64,000 bases of DNA from Candidatus Paraprochloron terpiosi LD05 (GTDB taxonomy: Bacteria; Cyanobacteriota; Cyanobacteriia; Cyanobacteriales; Prochloraceae), in contig CP073341.1 of NCBI GenBank assembly GCA_018141785.1, positions 2,837,261 through 2,901,260 of the forward strand. The letters are read 5' to 3'. The stretch's first letter is position 1; every line of letters begins with the position of its first letter. A model generated the notes under the pieces. It saw only the letters and a list, made by a program, of their open reading frames with translations, searched no databases and was not told the DNA's origin. A program made the position numbers and the translations under genes. Of the stretch, positions 58,251-64,000 are shown piece by piece.

Positions 58251-61200
58251 GTGATAAACCCATGTCAATCGTAGGAACAGATAATCGGAGTGTAGTAAAT
58301 AACCTGAGCGCAGATCCATTTGATTCTGTTGTAGCAGTTGATACATTAATTTCACCTGGGAGCGGGGGTAGCGGTAGCGGTATCATCATTGGCCCTAATC
58401 AAGTTCTTACCGCAGGTCATGTTGTAACTCGGGAGAATGGTTTTTTGACCTCGCTTTTTGGCCCAGATTTTGCCCCTGCACAGGGTGTCAGGACAACACC
58501 GGGACAAAATGTGCCTTCTCTACCATCTCGCACAACAAACCTGATCTCTACCAGTAGCTTCAATGCAACAGCAGGTGATTTGAGCTTCCCCGCAGATGGT
58601 TATAACGGCGGTGGAGGTGGCGACGATCTCGCTTTGATTACAGTTAACCAATCTTTTCCTGTGGCGCAACAGATTGGGATCGTGGCATTTGTAGATCCAA
58701 GTGATGCAAATGGAAGGACTGTAACAACTGGAGGCTATCCTGCACTAGTGGAGACAATCAATCTTCAGAACAGTAATAACGCCCAATTTTTGATTACCGA
58801 CGCAAATGGGAACCCATCTGTACCTGTCAACTATGCAGGAGGAGCATTTTTAACTGATGGGCTTGTCCAATTCTCTGCTACAGGAACCATCGACAGTACA
58901 TCCAATGATGGAACCTTTAGTCTCTCTCCTGCGATTGATATCGAGGCCGGACAAAGTGGTAGTGGCTACTGGACAATTTTGGATGGTGATCAAGATCCTC
59001 GTGTACTTGGTGTTGCAAGCTATCAAACTAATACAACCCCAGGAGGATTTCTAGGGATTGGTGCAAATCCTGGGGATAATTTTGGTGCGCTAATCACCAC
59101 AGATGTCTATGACAATATTGTGGCGGCGATAGCAGCCGCATCAACGAACTTGTCTGGCAATAATCTCCCTGAAAATGCCATTGTCGGCTCCAATCCTGGT
59201 TTTTTCTCCTTTCTCACAGGAAATGGCAAGGACGATATTTTCGGTTCTTTTCTCAGGGAGCGCATCATTGGACAAGGTGGCAATGACAGACTGTTCGGTG
59301 GTGGTGCAAACGATCGCCTAGAAGGTGGTGATGGAGTTGACCAGGCACTCTTCTCCGACATCTTCACCAATTATAGTTTCACAATCACCGATCCAACCAA
59401 TCCGGCCTTTCAGTTCGACCACACCGGTGGCACTATGGCTGACGGTATGGACACCACTCAAGATATTGAGTTTGGGGTATTTGAATTTGTCGATGGCAAT
59501 AACGATGGTAACGATGATGATGGCGACTTATTCTTCGTGCCCCTACAAGTTGACCCCGACGACAACACAAAATTAAAAGATGGTCCAGAAATCACCCCTG
59601 AGGTGGATATTCTAGACGAGGATGGGGAAACAATCGGCACCATCACCGTAGAATCTCCAGCCTGGACATTTGATGGGGATGTAGAGTACACCCTAACCCT
59701 CGGTTCCGAGCAAGGAACCTTATTCAATTTTGCCTACATCATTGATGTCTCTGGCAGTGTTCGGGGAACACCCCTTCAGGAAGCTCAAAACGCCTATGTT
59801 ACTCTGACGAATTCCTTGGTCAATCGTGGTGTGGCTGACAATAGCCGCTTTGCCGTAATACCATTCTCGTCTAGCGCATCGCTGATCGGGCCATTAACCC
59901 CTACTGATGCTATCTCCACGATTCAAGGCTTGACTGCTGGTGGTGGCACCAATTTCAATGCAGCACTCACACAAGCCAACCAATTCTTTTCTGGATCATC
60001 TGGCGCGTCAAATATTGCCTACTTCTTATCTGATGGATTGTCCAATACAGGGGGTGATTTTAGCAGCAGTGCGGCGGCACTTCAATCTGTTGCCGATGTT
60101 CGGGCTTTTGGTATAGGTGGTGCCGATATTGGAGCTTTAAATATCATTGATTCTGGTTCTGCCGAATTCCTCTCCGATCCTTCAGACTTGGACGATGCGT
60201 TCACAGCAGCAACCGTGGGGCGAGATACTATCGAACGCATTGACGTAAAGCTGGCGGGCAATGTGATTGAGATGATTGCCCCAAGTCAACTCACCGAAGA
60301 CACTCTCGGTCTCCAATTTGAAGGAACGATTGACGGGCTAGAGATGACACGCACAGCAGAAAATGAGATCATGTTTGATGTGGTGTTCAACAATGGGACT
60401 CCTACTGCTTCTCTGAGCTACATTATTACGACAGGTCAAGAGCAAGTTACCCAGCAAACCAATAATGGCACACAAGAAGTAATCATCTTCAGTGTAAATC
60501 AATCTGACTTTACTGCCACATCGGCCACAAATCAGTCCATAAGCAGAGAAATTAATGGCAATGATCTTGACAATGTAATTACCGTTGAAGACGGTAACAA
60601 TACTCTGTTAGGCAATGGCGGTAATGACCGTTTTATCCTCTCTGGTGGCATAAACCTAGTTGACGGTGGGGAAGGGATTGATACTGTTGCGATCGACATG
60701 ACCCAAGTGGAAGCTGGTGAAATTTCCCAAACTGGAAATGTCATCAATATTGGCACCGACACCACTTTATTGAATGTGGAGTTCATCGAATTTAGTGATG
60801 TTCGACTTGCCACCACTGATGACACCCCCATCGTCACACCTATCCTATCCTTGGCTGAAACTGGAATCTCCATCACCGAAGGCGATCCAAACTCAAACCA
60901 GGCTACCTTCACCATCAATCTATCAAGTGTGACAACCGAAGATGTGGTGATCGACTTTGCTACCCAGTCCAATGTGGCAAATGCAGGCACTGACTTTGTT
61001 GAAGCGACAGGTCAGCTCACGATCGCTGCGGGTGAAAGTTCCGGTGACATTACAGTTGAAGTGCTAGATGATAGTGATGTCGAGGGTGAGGAATTGGTAC
61101 TCCTGACTCTCATGGCAGTTTCTGGGGCTACATTTGCTGATGGCGCAATTAATCAAACCGCTGCAATAAATATCCTGGACAACGATAGCGCTATTGCATT

Positions 61201-62506
61201 GCCACTAACTGGCTTTCCCATCGTGATCGAAGGCGATCCTGATGATGATGAACAGACTTTACTGACTCTTGAGATTGAGCGACTGGGCAGTTCCAGTGGG
61301 ACTGACACCATTGAAGTTGAGATCCTTGCGGCTGGTACTAATCCCGCTCAAGCATCTGATTTTGTAGATGGTTTCTCTTCAACTCAGGTTACCTTTGCTC
61401 TTGATGAAGAGACGAAAACCGTTGATATTGCTATTACCCCCGATGAAGAAATTGAGGAAGATGAAACATTTGGCATCAGACTTAATAGTGTCTCAGGCTC
61501 CGCATCAGTTGCGAATGGGGAGACTCTCTTTACAATATTTGACAATGATGCACCTGATCGCCAGATTGGGCAAAATCCGATAATTAGCAACACCAGCGAT
61601 CAAAACGATAACAATATCTTAGTTCTAGATCTTGGAGGAGAACTGACTTTTACGATTACAGCAAATGCAAATGAATCCGCCTTTTCACAACAACTTGTTG
61701 CAATTCTTGGAGACAACTCCATTCCGATTTTATCCACATTAGGCAATGCCTCTGGTCTCCCCGGAACCTTTTCTACCAGCAATCTCTCTATCAGAGCACT
61801 ATTGGGAACAGGAGAGTTCCAGCTGGGTCTCCAGGCACCCGATAGGGATACCGTCACACCTCTAGATCTGAGCAATGTAACTTCCAACGGATTTAACCTG
61901 TCCGGTGGTGGTGTAGAAATCGCAGTTACTATCCCTGACGGAACAGAACAAGTATTTGTAGAGACTACTACAGTCGGAGAGGAAACCGCCCTAGGAGTAG
62001 AAATCACTGATGGGGTCAACAATGCTCCAAATGCTCAAGTCACGGTAAGCGCAACCCTTCATCGTGAAGCAGCCTTTGACAACACCATAGGCTTCTATTT
62101 AATCGATGCTGCTAACGATGGAGCAGTCATTGATCCTTTAACGGGTCAAGCCATTACGGGTTCAACGTCCAGTAATCGCTTGGGCCACCTACAGGCAGCT
62201 ATTGACAATACTCTAATTAGTGCGGCAGCTCCATCTAATAATCAGACGCGCCCTATTGACGAAACATTCGACATTACTAATTTAGACACTGACGTACAAC
62301 TTTTTCTTGTTCCTTACCTTATTTCAAGCGAATTGCCATCGGATTTCAGCAATATGTATAGCAGCTTCCTCGGAACAAATGCTGATGGGGCAGAGCATGT
62401 ACGACTGCTGAGTAATAATGCATTCGGTTTTGAGGACTTAGCTGGCGGTGGAGATAACGATTTCGATGACATTGTTGTTGAAATCAATGGTATCCAAGTT
62501 ATATAG
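58217..62506 (+). CDS. Giant secreted multidomain protein: trypsin-like serine protease, RTX repeats, VWA, Calx-beta x3, C-terminal DUF4114
   Basis: Protease triad contexts are TAGHVV, GDDLALI and GQSGSGYW. RTX repeats are GGNDRLFGGGANDRLEGGDG. The VWA MIDAS motif is DVSGS. Calx-beta repeats are EGD..FTI..S......DF.....G.L.....E. The tail is GGGDNDFDDIVVEI. The first 34 nt overlap the family F intron 5' end, so ATG 58262 (MSIVGTDN) is the more likely start. Confidence 0.85.
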   Translation: MSRTKRPVQAARDKPMSIVGTDNRSVVNNLSADPFDSVVAVDTLISPGSGGSGSGIIIGPNQVLTAGHVVTRENGFLTSLFGPDFAPAQGVRTTPGQNVPSLPSRTTNLISTSSFNATAGDLSFPADGYNGGGGGDDLALITVNQSFPVAQQIGIVAFVDPSDANGRTVTTGGYPALVETINLQNSNNAQFLITDANGNPSVPVNYAGGAFLTDGLVQFSATGTIDSTSNDGTFSLSPAIDIEAGQSGSGYWTILDGDQDPRVLGVASYQTNTTPGGFLGIGANPGDNFGALITTDVYDNIVAAIAAASTNLSGNNLPENAIVGSNPGFFSFLTGNGKDDIFGSFLRERIIGQGGNDRLFGGGANDRLEGGDGVDQALFSDIFTNYSFTITDPTNPAFQFDHTGGTMADGMDTTQDIEFGVFEFVDGNNDGNDDDGDLFFVPLQVDPDDNTKLKDGPEITPEVDILDEDGETIGTITVESPAWTFDGDVEYTLTLGSEQGTLFNFAYIIDVSGSVRGTPLQEAQNAYVTLTNSLVNRGVADNSRFAVIPFSSSASLIGPLTPTDAISTIQGLTAGGGTNFNAALTQANQFFSGSSGASNIAYFLSDGLSNTGGDFSSSAAALQSVADVRAFGIGGADIGALNIIDSGSAEFLSDPSDLDDAFTAATVGRDTIERIDVKLAGNVIEMIAPSQLTEDTLGLQFEGTIDGLEMTRTAENEIMFDVVFNNGTPTASLSYIITTGQEQVTQQTNNGTQEVIIFSVNQSDFTATSATNQSISREINGNDLDNVITVEDGNNTLLGNGGNDRFILSGGINLVDGGEGIDTVAIDMTQVEAGEISQTGNVINIGTDTTLLNVEFIEFSDVRLATTDDTPIVTPILSLAETGISITEGDPNSNQATFTINLSSVTTEDVVIDFATQSNVANAGTDFVEATGQLTIAAGESSGDITVEVLDDSDVEGEELVLLTLMAVSGATFADGAINQTAAINILDNDSAIALPLTGFPIVIEGDPDDDEQTLLTLEIERLGSSSGTDTIEVEILAAGTNPAQASDFVDGFSSTQVTFALDEETKTVDIAITPDEEIEEDETFGIRLNSVSGSASVANGETLFTIFDNDAPDRQIGQNPIISNTSDQNDNNILVLDLGGELTFTITANANESAFSQQLVAILGDNSIPILSTLGNASGLPGTFSTSNLSIRALLGTGEFQLGLQAPDRDTVTPLDLSNVTSNGFNLSGGGVEIAVTIPDGTEQVFVETTTVGEETALGVEITDGVNNAPNAQVTVSATLHREAAFDNTIGFYLIDAANDGAVIDPLTGQAITGSTSSNRLGHLQAAIDNTLISAAAPSNNQTRPIDETFDITNLDTDVQLFLVPYLISSELPSDFSNMYSSFLGTNADGAEHVRLLSNNAFGFEDLAGGGDNDFDDIVVEINGIQVI

Positions 62507-62564
62507 CAGTCCCGTAAGGTGCATCAATAATATTGCATACATTTTTAACTTAAACAAGTTTTTA

Positions 62565-63227
62565 TTAATATTTAACTGCCAGAGTCAAACCATCAGCAAT
62601 GGGTACTAGACTTATTTTAACTCTTTTATCTTCATGAAGTTTTTGATTAAAGGCGCGAATAACATTTGTTGTCTTATCTTGTACTTCATGGTCCGCCACT
62701 TTCCCTGACCAAAGGACGTTATCTACAGCTATGAGTCCCCCAGGGCGAAGCAATTTTAGCGCCCGTTCGTAATAGTTGCCATGATTACTTTTATCGGCAT
62801 CGATGAAGGCAAAATCGAAGGTATTTGCTTCTCCTTCTGATAGGAGGCGATCTAAAGTTTCTAGTGCGGGGGCAATGTGGAGGTCAATTTTAGGGGAAAC
62901 CCCTGCTTGCTGCCAATAACGACGGGCGATCGCGGTATATTCTTCATTGATATCGCAAGCAACTATTTTACCATCGGTGGGTAGTGCTAAGGCTACGGCT
63001 AAAGAACTATAACCGGTAAATACCCCCACCTCTAAAGTTTTCTTCGCCCCCATTAACTGCACCAGCAATGCCATAAATTGTCCTTGTTCCGGGGCTATTT
63101 GCATCCTCGCCATGGGGTGGGCTGCTGTTTCTTGGCGCAGCTGTTGCAAAATTTCCGGTTCTCTGAGAGAAATGTCTTGGAAGTACTGGTAAAGGTTACT
63201 ATCTAGCCCAATGGTTTTCTTTGTCAT
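62565..63227 (-). CDS. Class I SAM-dependent O-methyltransferase (caffeoyl-CoA OMT-like)
   Basis: 220 aa. TLEVGVFTGYSSL..., FDFAFIDADK..., GGLIAVDNVLW. Confidence 0.85.
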   Translation of the reverse strand: MTKKTIGLDSNLYQYFQDISLREPEILQQLRQETAAHPMARMQIAPEQGQFMALLVQLMGAKKTLEVGVFTGYSSLAVALALPTDGKIVACDINEEYTAIARRYWQQAGVSPKIDLHIAPALETLDRLLSEGEANTFDFAFIDADKSNHGNYYERALKLLRPGGLIAVDNVLWSGKVADHEVQDKTTNVIRAFNQKLHEDKRVKISLVPIADGLTLAVKY

Positions 63228-63242
63228 TTTACTTTTTTTGTT

Positions 63243-63290
63243 TCACGCAGAGACACAGAGACGCAGAGAGGTGGGGAGAGATTTTAACCA
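63243..63290. repeat. GCAGAGAC-type tandem/dispersed repeat
   Basis: TTCACGCAGAGACACAGAGACGCAGAGAGGTGGGGAGAGATTTT. Related to 39097..39145. Confidence 0.6.
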
Positions 63291-64000
63291 AAACGACCAC
63301 TAATGTATTCCTTAGTCGCTTGTTGTTCAGGAGACTGGAAGATTACTTCCGTGGTATTCAATTCCACCAAATATCCTGTTTTGCCCCCCTTTTCTGTAGC
63401 TTCCACATTGAAAAAGGCAGTAATGTCAGATACACGGGCAGCTTGCTGCATATTGTGAGTTACGATAATAATCGTGTATTGCTCTTTTAGCTCGTGAATT
63501 AATTCTTCAACCTTCAGAGTTGAAATGGGATCTAATGCAGAACAGGGTTCATCCATTAAAATAACTTCTGGCTGAATGGCGATCGCCCGAGCAATACAAA
63601 GACGTTGTTGCTGTCCCCCAGAAAGGGCTAAACCACTTTCTCTCAATTTGTCCTTCACCTCGTCCCAAAGGGCTGCTTTGTGCAATGCACTTTCCACTAA
63701 TTCATCCATCTCCCCCTGATAGCCATTAATTCTAGCACCAAAGGCAATATTGTCGTAAATTGACTTGGGAAAAGGATTGGGCTTTTGAAACACCATGCCA
63801 ATGCGCCGTCGCAGTTCTACTGCGTCCACTTTCTCGTCGTAAATATCCCTGTCGTGAAAGGTAATTTTCCCCTTTACCTTAGCCCCTGGTATGAGGTCAT
63901 TCATGCGGTTAAAACAACGCAAAATGGTGCTTTTACCGCATCCCGAAGGTCCAATAAAGGCCACAACTTGGTTTTCGGGGATATCCAGATTAACATCCCT
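63284..64000 (-). CDS. pstB: Phosphate ABC transporter ATP-binding protein, C-terminal ~238 aa (gene continues past the window end)
   Basis: Walker [10 protein letters not shown], signature LSGGQQQRL, Walker B ILMDEP, and the C-terminus ...[10 protein letters not shown]. The frame stays open to position 64000. Confidence 0.9.
   Translation of the reverse strand, partial: RDVNLDIPENQVVAFIGPSGCGKSTILRCFNRMNDLIPGAKVKGKITFHDRDIYDEKVDAVELRRRIGMVFQKPNPFPKSIYDNIAFGARINGYQGEMDELVESALHKAALWDEVKDKLRESGLALSGGQQQRLCIARAIAIQPEVILMDEPCSALDPISTLKVEELIHELKEQYTIIIVTHNMQQAARVSDITAFFNVEATEKGGKTGYLVELNTTEVIFQSPEQQATKEYISGRFG

Noticed and set aside
58217-58261. The first 15 codons of the giant ORF (MSRTKRPVQAARDKP)
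   Set aside because: These nucleotides are the antisense of the family F intron 5' end, so ATG 58262 is the more plausible start. The feature keeps the track coordinates with this caveat.

Overview
This is a cyanobacterial chromosome segment, judged from HIP1 GCGATCGC palindromes and phycobilisome, ycf34 and Tic22-like genes.

**Host genes**
- A minus-strand phycobiliprotein cluster runs pebA-pebB-cpcL(cpcG-like with a C-terminal TM helix)-cpcB-cpcA-cpcE-cpcF-cpcT.
- Other host genes are murD (partial), glyS, prmC, tRNA-Pro, a CPA1 antiporter, a GT39 glycosyltransferase, cyAbrB, cobD, trxA, cobU, rnz, cca, ycf34, dedA, tRNA-Ala, a trhO-like gene, a 1429-aa protease/RTX/VWA/Calx-beta/DUF4114 protein, an O-methyltransferase and pstB (partial).

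**Group II intron load**
- Roughly one third of the window (about 22 kb, estimated by eye) is group II intron-derived DNA.
- I sort it into six sequence families, A to F (my own labels).
- Only two intron-encoded protein (IEP) genes are intact: 22356..24104 and 55817..57586.
- 33974..50157 is largely a nested, mosaic tract of decayed intron copies.

**Main findings**
1. The tmRNA gene (ssrA, 13841..15066, minus) is split by an 844-nt ORF-less group II intron, 1 nt upstream of the resume codon of the tag ANNIVPFARKAAAVA.
2. A 5.3-kb twintron has one family-A intron sitting exactly between two codons of another family-A intron's IEP gene.
3. Four families of 24-30 nt palindromic mini-elements colonise the intron copies, mostly at hairpin apices, and differ in presence between paralogous copies.
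4. An ORF-less family has a conserved non-canonical 5' GGGCG end and 170-215 nt 'mini-intron' derivatives.
5. Intron fragments recode the 3' ends of prmC and cca, and sit at the ends of inverted duplications.

Intron and repeat boundaries were placed by eye and may be off by a few nt.
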